DNA of 64,000 nt from Balanoglossus misakiensis (lineage: Eukaryota > Animalia > Hemichordata), in NCBI GenBank assembly GCA_040954595.2, contig CM082585.2:9038464-9102463 (forward strand), written 5' to 3'. Each line of letters starts with the position of its first letter. Positions within the stretch are counted from its first letter, which is position 1. The notes below the pieces were generated by a model. That model was given only the letters and a program-made list of their open reading frames with translations, was not told the origin of the DNA and ran no database searches. Both the position numbers and the translations under genes were made by a program. Of this stretch, positions 40,510 through 51,100 are shown one piece after another.

Positions 40510-40665
40510 TAGCAAATTTAAAAGTTGTTGTGGGGTTTGATATTTATGGAGAACATGTTTATTTTGAATTCTGTGTGTTCCATGATTTGTGCGAATGGTG
40601 TGAAGTATGCAAATTTGTTGATGTGTTGACCAATCAGAAATGACCTAACGTCACTTCCAGCTGTT
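40510..40665 (+). promoter_or_regulatory. Putative G2/M-type CDC20 promoter (CCAAT box and CHR-like motifs)
   Basis: gaCCAATcag at 40630-40634, TTTGAA at 40563-40568, TTTAAA at 40517-40522 and a CRE half-site ACGTCA at 40648-40653. NF-Y plus CHR (MuvB) sites are typical of animal G2/M genes. The motifs are short and the TSS is not mapped. Confidence 0.45.
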
Positions 40666-40736
40666 AATTGATAAACTAAATGAGTGCACTGCGGCGACAA
40701 TTTCAGCCACGTTTTACTTATCACTTGTCGCTGAAG
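40660..40736 (+). other. Putative non-coding first exon (5'UTR) of CDC20; 5' end approximate
   Basis: Donor AAG|GTGAGC at 40737 pairs with the acceptor tttgcag ending at 40937, 30 nt before the ATG. It lies just downstream of a CCAAT box. Confidence 0.55.
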
Positions 40737-40967
40737 GTGAGCAAGGCTATACCCTACGGCGTTTCTTGAAACGCTTCAAATTTAACTCTGTGGGCGGAAC
40801 TTTTCTTTCGGGTAGTACGGACAATTTTGGATGGCGTTCTGCATTCGTCACTACTTGTTGAATTTCAAGAATGCATTTCAGACCGCGTTGGTTCTCCATA
40901 GCGTGCATTCTCAAACGTTTTACCATTTGCTTTGCAGGCTTCCTGACCGAATTTATTGGAATAGAAT

Positions 40968-41064
40968 ATGGCACATTTTCAGTTTGAAACCGCAGTGAAT
41001 GAGTTGGTTCGACTCGACGGGCCGGTTGGCGGGCCGATGCCCAGATGGCAAAGGAAGGAAAAGG
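40968..41064 (+). CDS. CDC20: CDC20 coding exon 1 ([32 protein letters not shown])
   Basis: ATG at 40968 follows acceptor tttgcag|40938. Donor G|GTGAGT at 41065. Resembles the CDC20 N-terminus. Confidence 0.9.
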
Positions 41065-44000
41065 GTGAGTGTAACTTTATTCGTTCAAAAAACGGGAAAG
41101 TTATTCCACCTTGGTGGGAATACTGCGGCTGTAATGTGCGCCGTGGCTGTTGTTCGACGATTTTGCCATGTTGTCTTCACAAAGATAATTCTTCAAAGAT
41201 TCCACGTGTCATTGCAATAGCTACCCCAGAAAATAATGCGAGATGGACTGTGAACGTTTTTAGATTTAGCTGCAGTGAGGTCTTGTGAAATTTTTATTCT
41301 CAATGGCCAATTTCTCACTCGTGCCAGGTGCTGTTGGTGCGTGAGCCAATTGAGGCGCGCGCACCAAGGCCTTCCACATTTCTTCGTGATCTTATTCAAA
41401 CGTACCAAACTTCTGTTGCCCTATTTCTTTTGTTTACAGAAAGGAAAGGGAGTAGCAGTTCTAAAAACTTGGCTGTGCCGTTGTCTCCATCTCGCGCGCC
41501 GCTCCAAATAACGCCCAATGCCAAAAGGACGCCCAAAAAGTCGCCTCGTCGTCCGAAGTCTCCCAACGGGAGTAAATCCCCCAGATGCAAAAGCCCAATA
41601 GCCGACAGGTGAGTGCCGGGTGTTCTTGGTAGCCTTGGAAATGAAAAATGTTCTGTGCAAATATCCAAAAATCCGCTGTTAAAACATATCACTTAAATAT
41701 GGATAAGCGTCAACACTTTTTTTCTGGAATGGTGTTCTTTCAGTACAGGCCAATTCGTTTGTGTTTGTGTTATTTTTTCCATAGATTTATTCCGAATCGA
41801 TCGACCATGGACATGGAGCGCAGTCACTTTTTGCTGACGCAGCCATCGGGCGTCGAAAACGAGGTGTGTGATCACGGGCGCGTGGATGACGACAGTGAAG
41901 TCCAGAGAAATCTCTCGAACGCTCTGAACGGCGACGGCCATGCTGAAGCCAAAATACTCTCGTTTAAGACGAAGGCCCCGAGAGCGGCAGAAGGTAAGGG
42001 CTACAGACTCGGAAATTCGCCCGGTCGATCGCCACGGTCAGAAAGACAATTTAAGTAGTATTACACAGTGGCAAAGTTCAAAGCCATATCGTTTACTCCT
42101 CAGCAGTTATGGGACCCTACAAGTGTTTATTTTCCAACAGGTTATTACAACAACCTTCGCGTTCTGTACAGTTCGTCATCGAAGGTGAATGTACCGCAAG
42201 CCAAGTCCACTCGCTACATCCCAGCGGGTCCTGAGCTCGCCCTGGATGCACCCGAGTTGCTGAACGATTTCTGTAAGTAAATAAGAACACGATTCCATTT
42301 GTTCGACCACTTTATGTGACAACAAGTACAGAGAAAGTACAGTTGAAAATGCGAGTGCCTTGCAATGCATCATGGTCGCGCATGTGCATTAACACAAGGA
42401 AAAGTCTGCTGTGACGTAATGTTCTCTAGTAAGTACCACGCTGACTGGTTCATAAGCGCGTGTCTCACTACCTCTGTCACCCAATTTGACTTTTGTAAAA
42501 GTGACATTTTCCTAACTTGATTCTCTGTAGATTTGACCTTGGCCGACTGGGGTCATCAGAATATCATCGCCGCAGCTCTTGGTCAGTCTGTCTATTTGTG
42601 GTCGGCAAACACCGGAGTTATTCGACATCTCGCGCAGGTCGACGGTTCAGACTACATTTCCAGCGTTCGCTGGTTGCCGAAGTACAGTACACTTGCCATA
42701 GGAATATCAAATGGTGACGTGCAGGTAAATTTTTCTATTTTCTACAGAATGCCTATTGGCCTTTCCCGCTTCCTCTTTAATGTGACGTAATCAACTAATC
42801 TTTCTCCCTTGCTCAGCTGTGGGACGTGGACGTCGAGAAGCAATTGCGTTGTATGTCCGGCCATGCTGGAAGAATATCGAGTCTGTCGTGGAATTCCTAC
42901 ATCTTATCGAGGTATGGTAGAACTCCCGTCTCTCTTCAGCACGGCATGTCCATCCGTTTAACTTTGTACACGTTTGCTATCAATTGTGGAAAATACTCGA
43001 GATTTATTCATATCGTTTAACCGTACGAAGGCATCATTAAATTTTACTACAGACAGATGTGAATTTTACAAATATCCACAACTTCCGTTACTTCCTGTTT
43101 ACCCAACTTTAAAATCGACTTCTGTGTGAGAATTGACATGATTTTCGTTTTTTTTCTCTTCTTTTAGTGGTTGCACCAGCGGTCAAATTCACAACCACGA
43201 TGTGCGCGTGCAAAACCACCACGTGGGCACGTTGAGCCACCACGAACAAGAAGTGTGCGGCCTGTCGTGGAATGCGGCCGGCCGCATGTTGGCCAGCGGC
43301 GGAAATGACGACACGCTGAATATTTGGGACGCCAGGTCGACAACCGATTCCCAGCCCCTGTATTCACTCACCGAACATACTGCAGCCGTGAAAGTAAGTA
43401 GTTTTTTACACCCTGTCCACATGTGCAACCCCGATTGTGTGCAGGTCATTTTGTGCAAAGGTTGCCTGCGTTTTTGATCGTAGAGACTTTGGAGAATATG
43501 TGGTCGTATTATTAAAGCTGGATATTATGTATAGTAAAATACGCTCGTACTTATAAACATTGTTGAACGTTTTAGAATATCAAATGTATATGGCTTCATC
43601 TACATATATTGCCAAAGTACATAGAACGTGGAAATCTACGCAATCTGCTGTTCAGTGGATGGCCAAACGCAAAATAATTGTTACAAACACTTAATTTTCA
43701 ATGTCTATTTTCAGGCAATCAGCTGGTGTCCATGGCAATCCAGCTTGCTCGCAAGTGGTGGTGGCACAGCAGATCGAACAATCCGCTTTTGGAATTGCGA
43801 CACTGGATTGCGCCTGAATACGATTGACACAGGCTCTCAGGTAATCAACAAGTGAAGCTGGGCTTTTTTGCGCAGCTATTACTTCAGCCATTTGTCCCCC
43901 CCCCCCTTCCACTAATTTCATCGTATGTGGATACCGCCATCTTGGAAATCGGTTGGGGTTGTGGACTACTGAGGGCGGGCTTTCTTCGTCGGTGGTTACA

Positions 44001-44732
44001 CTCTAGCGAATTCCGAAATGGGTAAGGGAATGGGGTTGGTGGAACGCCCATTAATCGGCCTGTCAGTTGAGTATGTGGGCTTCTTATAATGTATGTGCGT
44101 ACTTGTTCAAATATACCAGATGGTACAAAATGAACCAATCTCGCTCGGTTGATTTGCAGGTCTCGGGGATCCTTTGGTCGAGGGAGTACAAGGAATTGGT
44201 ATCTTCGCACGGTTACATGCACAATCAGTTAACCATCTGGAAATACCCTACAATGAAGAAAGTGACCGATTTGAAAAGTAAGTCGCTTCACGTGGTACAC
44301 TGTATTTTTAGTTCCATCATTCTTGCGATTTGCACCAAAATTACATGAAGTCTGACATATCTCGCTCGCATAGACCCCCATACAAGCTGGAAAACATTGG
44401 ATCTATTTTGTCAAACAAGGCTTAGTCTGCATTTGCTATACATGTATACAGTTTATGGATATTTAGTAGTGATTTGTTGTAAAAGCAGCCTGAACACCTA
44501 TATATTGCTGATGGAGGACTTTAAGGGGTTCTCACGATTTTTTTTGTCAGGTCACCGCGAGAGGATCCTGTGCATGGCTTTGTCTCCGGACGAAGAGAGC
44601 GTGATCACCGCCGGTGGAGACGAGACCTTCCAGATTTGGAACTGTTTCAAGACTTGCAAGAAGAGCAAAAAGTCCAGTGCCGAAGTCAAGAAAGATGGCG
44701 GAATGCCATCACTGACGCGATCTATAAGATAG
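40968..44732 (+). CDS. CDC20: Cell division cycle protein 20 (CDC20/fizzy) family APC/C coactivator; spliced, 10 coding exons, 515 aa; possibly a divergent paralog
   Basis: Manually spliced at GT-AG sites: 40968-41064, 41440-41608, 41785-41993, 42141-42272, 42531-42724, 42817-42911, 43168-43393, 43715-43840, 44160-44277, 44551-44732. The sum is 1548 nt, phases are consistent and there are no internal stops. The protein has a CDC20-type N-terminus (MAHFQFE...PRWQRK), C-box [38 protein letters not shown]40 blades ([54 protein letters not shown]) and a C-terminal IR tail (TRSIR*). Confidence 0.96.
41440..41608 (+). CDS. CDC20: CDC20 coding exon 2 (S/T-P-rich region ending in ADR of the C-box)
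   Basis: Pyrimidine tract plus acag acceptor; donor AG|GTGAGT; phase 1 to phase 2. Confidence 0.9.
41785..41993 (+). CDS. CDC20: CDC20 coding exon 3 (C-box FIPNR to [10 protein letters not shown])
   Basis: Acceptor ttccatag; donor G|GTAAGG; completes DRFIPNR. Confidence 0.93.
42141..42272 (+). CDS. CDC20: CDC20 coding exon 4 ([11 protein letters not shown]...[10 protein letters not shown])
   Basis: Acceptor ttccaacag; donor T|GTAAGT. Confidence 0.93.
42531..42724 (+). CDS. CDC20: CDC20 coding exon 5 (WD40)
   Basis: Acceptor ctctgtag; donor CAG|GTAAAT; encodes YLTLADW...SVYLW...YISSVRW...GDVQ. Confidence 0.93.
42817..42911 (+). CDS. CDC20: CDC20 coding exon 6 (WD40)
   Basis: Acceptor cccttgctcag; donor AG|GTATGG; encodes LWDV...[17 protein letters not shown]. 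Confidence 0.93.
43168..43393 (+). CDS. CDC20: CDC20 coding exon 7 (WD40)
   Basis: Long pyrimidine tract plus tag; donor AAA|GTAAGT; encodes HDVRV...EVCGLSW...LASGGNDD...HTAAVK. Confidence 0.94.
43715..43840 (+). CDS. CDC20: CDC20 coding exon 8 (WD40)
   Basis: Acceptor ttttcag; donor CAG|GTAATC; encodes [27 protein letters not shown]...TGSQ. Confidence 0.94.
44160..44277 (+). CDS. CDC20: CDC20 coding exon 9 (WD40)
   Basis: Acceptor tttgcag; donor A|GTAAGT; encodes VSGILWS...[16 protein letters not shown]. Confidence 0.94.
44551..44732 (+). CDS. CDC20: CDC20 last coding exon with IR tail
   Basis: Acceptor ttttgtcag; encodes [14 protein letters not shown]...GGDETFQIW...SLTRSIR; stop TAG at 44730-44732. 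Confidence 0.94.
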
Positions 44733-44855
44733 ACAAAATGACATTGGAAAAGACGCACAATTTTTGAAATGCTTCAGAAAGTTTCGGTTTTGTGAAGTTT
44801 CGAAACGAAAGAATATTGAGTACAACTAATGACCTGCAGTTGAATGCCAGATGTT

Positions 44856-45020
44856 TTTTTATTTATTCGTGTTTATAGAGAAAACAGATGTACAGAATAT
44901 GGAAGCTATTTAAAAAAATCTATTTATACATTTTACAGAATTTTGCATTTAGAAAGATGATAGACCATTTGATTTTATTTAACTCGTGTATGTTGTATGT
45001 CTTGTGAGTGTATTTTTTAT
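44856..45020 (+). promoter_or_regulatory. Cytoplasmic polyadenylation element (CPE)-like motifs in the CDC20 3'UTR
   Basis: TTTTTAT at 44856-44862, TTTTAT at 44973-44978, and TTTTTAT at 45014-45020 (10 nt before AATAAA). Confidence 0.45.
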
Positions 45021-45030
45021 TTTTAAAGTT

Positions 45031-45036
45031 AATAAA
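45031..45036 (+). terminator. Polyadenylation signal AATAAA of CDC20
   Basis: First canonical AATAAA, about 300 nt after the stop codon in an AT-rich 3'UTR, followed by T-rich sequence. Confidence 0.7.
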
Positions 45037-45108
45037 GTTTATGATGATAAAATTACATTCGCAACTTTTTACTAGCACGTTTTAATAAGTACAAAAAATC
45101 ATTTCCCC

Positions 45109-48100
45109 CATTTTCCTGAGCTATAACCCACGGTTTTTTCAAAAAATGACCAAATTTTGAAAATTCGCAAAGTCCAAAAATCGTCGATTTTTCAACATTT
45201 TCCTGAGCTATAACCCATGGTTTTTTTCAAAAAATGACCAAATTTTGAAAATTCGCAAAGTCGAAAAATCGTCGATTTTTCAACATTTTCCTGAGCTATA
45301 ACCCATGGTTTTTTTCAAAAAATGACCAAATTTTGAAAATTCGCAAAGTCCAAAAATCGTCGATTTTTCAACATTTTCCTGAGCTATAACCCATGGTTTT
45401 TTTCAAAAAATGACCAAATTTTGAAAATTCGCAAAGTCGAAAAATCGTCGATTTTTCAACATTTTCCTGAGCTATAACCCATGGTTTTTTCAAAAAATGA
45501 CCAAATTTTGAAAATTCGCAAAGTCGAAAAATCGTCGATTTTTCAACATTTTCCTGAGCTATAACCCATGGTTTTTTCAAAAAATGACCAAATTTTGAAA
45601 ATTCGCAAAGTCGAAAAATCGTCGATTTTTCAACATTTTCCTGAGCTATAACCCATGGTTTTTTTTAAAAAATGACCAAATTTTGAAAATTCGCAAAGTC
45701 GAAAAATCGTCGATTTTTTCAACATTATCCTGAGCTATAACCCATGGTTTTTTCAAAAAATGACCAAATTTTGAAAATTCGCAAAGTCGAAAAATCGTCG
45801 ATTTTTCAACATTTTCCTGAGCTATAACCCATGGTTTTTTCAAAAAATGACCAAATTTTGAAAATTCGCAAAGTCGAAAAATCGTCGATTTTTCAACATT
45901 TTCCCGAGCTATAACCCATGGTTTTTTCAAAAAATGACCAAATTTTGAAAATTCGCAAAGTCGAAAAATCGTCGATTTTTCAACATTTTCCTGAGCTATA
46001 ACCCATGGTTTTTTCAAAAAATGACCAAATTTTGAAAATTCGCAAAGTCGAAAAATCGTCGATTTTTCAACATTTTCCTGAGCTATAATCCATGGTTTTT
46101 TTTAAAAAATGACCAAATTTTGAAAATTCGCAAAGTCGAAAAATCGTCGATTTTTCAACATTATCCTGAGCTATAACCCATGGTTTTTTCAAAAAATGAC
46201 CAAATTTTGAAAATTCGCAAAGTCGAAAAATCGTCGATTTTTCAACATTTTCCTGAGCTATAACCCATGTTTTTTTTTAAAAAATGACCAAATTTTGAAA
46301 ATTCGCAAAGTCGAAAAATCGTCGATTTTTCAACATTATCCTGAGCTATAAACCATGGTTTTTTCAAAAAATGACCAAATTTTGAAAATTCGCAAAGTCG
46401 AAAAATCGTCGATTTTTCAACATTTTCCTGAGCTATAACCCATGGTTTTTTCAAAAAATGACCAAATTTTGAATATTCGCAAAGTCGAAAAATCGTCGAT
46501 TTTTCAACATTTTCCTGAGCTATAACCCATGGTTTTTTCAAAAAATGACCAAATTTTGAAAATTCGCAAAGTCGAAAAATCGTCGATTTTTCAACATTTT
46601 CCTGAGCTATAACCCATGGTTTTTTCAAAAAATGACCAAATTTTGAAAATTCGCAAAGTCGAAAAATCGTCGATTTTTCAACATTTTCCTGAGCTATAAC
46701 CCATGGTTTTTTCAAAAAATGACCAAATTTTGAAAATTCGCAAAGTCCAAAAATCGTCGATTTTTCAACATTTTCCTGAGCTATAACCCATGGTTTTTTC
46801 AAAAAATGACCAAATTTTGAAAATTCGCAAAGTCCAAAAATCGTCGATTTTTCAACATTTTCCTGAGCTATAACCCATGGTTTTTTCAAAAAATGACCAA
46901 ATTTTGAAAATTCGCAAAGTCCAAAAATCGTCGATTTTTCAACATTTTCCTGAGCTATAACCCATGGTTTTTTCAAAAAATGACCAAATTTTGAAAATTC
47001 GCAAAGTCGAAAAATCGTCGATTTTTCAACATTTTCCTGAGCTATAACCCATGGTTTTTTTTAAAAAATGACCAAATTTTGAAAATTCGCAAAGTCGAAA
47101 AATCGTCGATTTTTCAACATTTTCCTGAGCTATAACCCATGGTTTTTTCAAAAAATGACCAATTTGAAAATTCGCAAAGCCGAAAAATCGTCGATTTTTC
47201 AACATTTTCCTGAGCTATAACCCATGGTTTTTTTAAAAAATGACCAAATTTTGAAAATTCGCAAAGTCGAAAAATCGTCGATTTTTCAACATTTTCCTGA
47301 GCTATAACCCATGGTTTTTTCAAAAAATGACCAAATTTTGAAAATTCGCAAAGTCGAAAAATCGTCGATTTTTCAACATTTTCCTGAGCTATAACCCATG
47401 GTTTTTTCAAAAATGACCAAATTTTGAAAATTCGCAAAGTCGAAAAATCGTCGATTTTTCAACATTTTCCTGAGCTATAACCCATGGTTTTTTCAAAAAA
47501 TGACCAAATTTTGAAAATTCGCAAAGTCGAAAAATCGTCGATTTTTCAACATTTTCCTGAGCTATAACCCATGGTTTTTTCAAAAAATGACCAAATTTGA
47601 AAATTCGCAAAGGATAACTCCGAAAAATCGTCGATTTTTCAACATTTTCCTGAGCTATAACCCATGGTTTTTTCAAAAAATGACCAAATTTTGAAAATTC
47701 GCAAAGTCGAAAAATCGTCGATTTTTCAACATTTTCCTGAGCTATAACCCATGGTTTTTTCAAAAAATGACCAAATTTTGAAAATTCGCAAAGTCGAAAA
47801 ATCGTCGATTTTTCAACATTTTCCTGAGCTATAACCCATGGTTTTTTCAAAAAATGACCAAATTTTGAAAATTCGCAAAGTCGAAAAATCGTCGATTTTT
47901 CAACATTTTCCTGAGCTATAACCCATGGTTTTTTCAAAAAATGACCAAATTTTGAAAATTCGCAAAGTCGAAAAATCGTCGATTTTTCAACATTTTCCTG
48001 AGCTATAACCCATGGTTTTTTCAAAAAATGACCAAATTTTGAAAATTCGCAAAGTCGAAAAATCGTCGATTTTTCAACATTTTCCTGAGCTATAACCCAT

Positions 48101-51100
48101 GGTTTTTTCAAAAAATGACCAAATTTTGAAAATTCGCAAAGTCGAAAAATCGTCGATTTTTCAACATTTTCCTGAGCTATAACCCATGGTTTTTTCAAAA
48201 AATGACCAAATTTTGAAAATTCGCAAAGTCGAAAAATCGTCGATTTTTCAACATTTTCCTGAGCTATAACCCATGGTTTTTTCAAAAAATGACCAAATTT
48301 TGAAAATTCGCAAAGTCGAAAAATCGTCGATTTTTCAACATTTTCCTGAGCTATAACCCATGGTTTTTTCAAAAAATGACCAAATTTTGAAAATTCGCAA
48401 AGTCGAAAAATCGTCGATTTTTCAACATTTTCCTGAGCTATAACCCATGGTTTTTTCAAAAAATGACCAAATTTTGAAAATTCGCAAAGTCGAAAAATCG
48501 TCGATTTTTCAACATTTTCCTGAGCTATAACCCATGGTTTTTTCAAAAAATGACCAAATTTTGAAAATTCGCAAAGTCGAAAAATCGTCGATTTTTCAAC
48601 ATTTTCCTGAGCTATAACCCATGGTTTTTTCAAAAAATGACCAAATTTTGAAAATTCGCAAAGTCGAAAAATCGTCGATTTTTCAACATTTTCCTGAGCT
48701 ATAACCCATGGTTTTTTCAAAAAATGACCAAATTTTGAAAATTCGCAAAGTCCAAAAATCGTCGATTTTTCAACATTTTCCTGAGCTATAACCCATGGTT
48801 TTTCAAAAAATGACCAAATTTTGAAAATTCGCAAGTCGAAAAATCGTCGATTTTTCAACATTTTCCTGAGCTATAACCCATGGTTTTTTCAAAAAATGAC
48901 CAAATTTTGAAAATTCGCAAAGTCGAAAAATCGTCGATTTTTCAACATTTTCCTGAGCTATAACCCATGGTTTTTTCAAAAAATGACCAAATTTTGAAAA
49001 TTCGCAAAGTCGAAAAATCGTCGATTTTTCAACATTTTCCTGAGCTATAACCCATGGTTTTTTCAAAAAATGACCAAATTTTGAAAATTCGCAAAGTCGA
49101 AAAATCGTCGATTTTTCAACATTTTCCTGAGCTATAACCCATGGTTTTTTCAAAAAATGACCAAATTTTGAAAATTCGCAAAGTCGAAAAATCGTCGATT
49201 TTTCAACATTTTCCTGAGCTATAACCCATGGTTTTTTCAAAAAATGACCAAATTTTGAAAATTCGCAAAGTCGAAAAATCGTCGATTTTTCAACATTTTC
49301 CTGAGCTATAACCCATGGTTTTTTCAAAAAATGACCAAATTTTGAAAATTCGCAAAGTCGAAAAATCGTCGATTTTTCAACATTTTCCTGAGCTATAACC
49401 CATGGTTTTTTCAAAAAATGACCAAATTTTGAAAATTCGCAAAGTCGAAAAATCGTCGATTTTTCAACATTTTCCTGAGCTATAACCCATGGTTTTTTCA
49501 AAAAATGACCAAATTTTGAAAATTCGCAAAGTCGAAAAATCGTCGATTTTTCAACATTTTCCTGAGCTATAACCCATGGTTTTTTCAAAAAATGACCAAA
49601 TTTTGAAAATTCGCAAAGTCGAAAAATCGTCGATTTTTCAACATTTTCCTGAGCTATAACCCATGGTTTTTTCAAAAAATGACCAAATTTTGAAAATTCG
49701 CAAAGTCGAAAAATCGTCGATTTTTCAACATTTTCCTGAGCTATAACCCATGGTTTTTTCAAAAAATGACCAAATTTTGAAAATTCGCAAAGTCGAAAAA
49801 TCGTCGATTTTTCAACATTTTCCTGAGCTATAACCCATGGTTTTTTCAAAAAATGACCAAATTTTGAAAATTCGCAAAGTCGAAAAATCGTCGATTTTTC
49901 AACATTTTCCTGAGCTATAACCCATGGTTTTTTCAAAAAATGACCAAATTTTGAAAATTCGCAAAGTCGAAAAATCGTCGATTTTTCAACATTTTCCTGA
50001 GCTATAACCCATGGTTTTTTCAAAAAATGACCAAATTTTGAAAATTCGCAAAGTCGAAAAATCGTCGATTTTTCAACATTTTCCTGAGCTATAACCCATG
50101 GTTTTTTCAAAAAATGACCAAATTTTGAAAATTCGCAAAGTCGAAAAATCGTCGATTTGTCGATTTTTCAACATTTTCCTGAGCTATAACCCATGGTTTT
50201 TTCAAAAAATGACCAAATTTTGAAAATTCGCAAAGTCCCAAAAATCGTCGATTTTTCAACATTTTCTGAGCTATAACCCATGGTTTTTTCAAAAAATGAC
50301 CAAATTTTGAAAATTCGCAAAGTCGAAAAATCGTCGATTTTTCAACATTTTCCTGAGCTATAACCCATGGTTTTTTCAAAAAATGACCAAATTTTGAAAA
50401 TTCGCAAAGTCGAAAAATCGTCGATTTTTCAACATTTTCCTGAGCTATAACCCATGGTTTTTTCAAAAAATGACCAAATTTTGAAAATTCGCAAAGTCGA
50501 AAAATCGTCGATTTTTCAACATTTTCCTGAGCTATATAACCCATGGTTTTTTCAAAAAATGACCAAATTTTGAAAATTCGCAAAGTCGAAAAATCGTCGA
50601 TTTTTCAACATTTTCCTGAGCTATAACCCATGGTTTTTTCAAAAAATGACCAAATTTTGAAAATTCGCAAAGTCGAAAAATCGTCGATTTTTCAACATTT
50701 TCCTGAGCTATAACCCATGGTTTTTTCAAAAAATGACCAAATTTTGAAAATTCGCAAAGTCGAAAAATCGTCGATTTTTCAACATTTTCCTGAGCTATAA
50801 CCCATGGTTTTTTCAAAAAATGACCAAATTTTGAAAATTCGCAAAGTCGAAAAATCGTCGATTTTTCAACATTTTCCTGAGCTATAACCCATGGTTTTTT
50901 CAAAAAATGACCAAATTTTGAAAATTCGCAAAGTCGAAAAATCGTCGATTTTTCAACATTTTCCTGAGCTATAACCCATGGTTTTTTCAAAAAATGACCA
51001 AATTTTGAAAATTCGCAAAGTCCAAAAATCGTCGATTTTTCAACATTTTCCTGAGCTATAACCCATGGTTTTTTCAAAAAATGACCAAATTTTGAAAATT

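Noticed and set aside
40968-44732. Alternative identity as FZR1/CDH1 or as a pseudogene
   Set aside because: The N-terminus (MAHFQFE, PRWQRK), the KIL motif, GY.N.L.VLYS, WCPWQ and WNSYILSSG are CDC20-type. The reading frame and all splice sites are intact.
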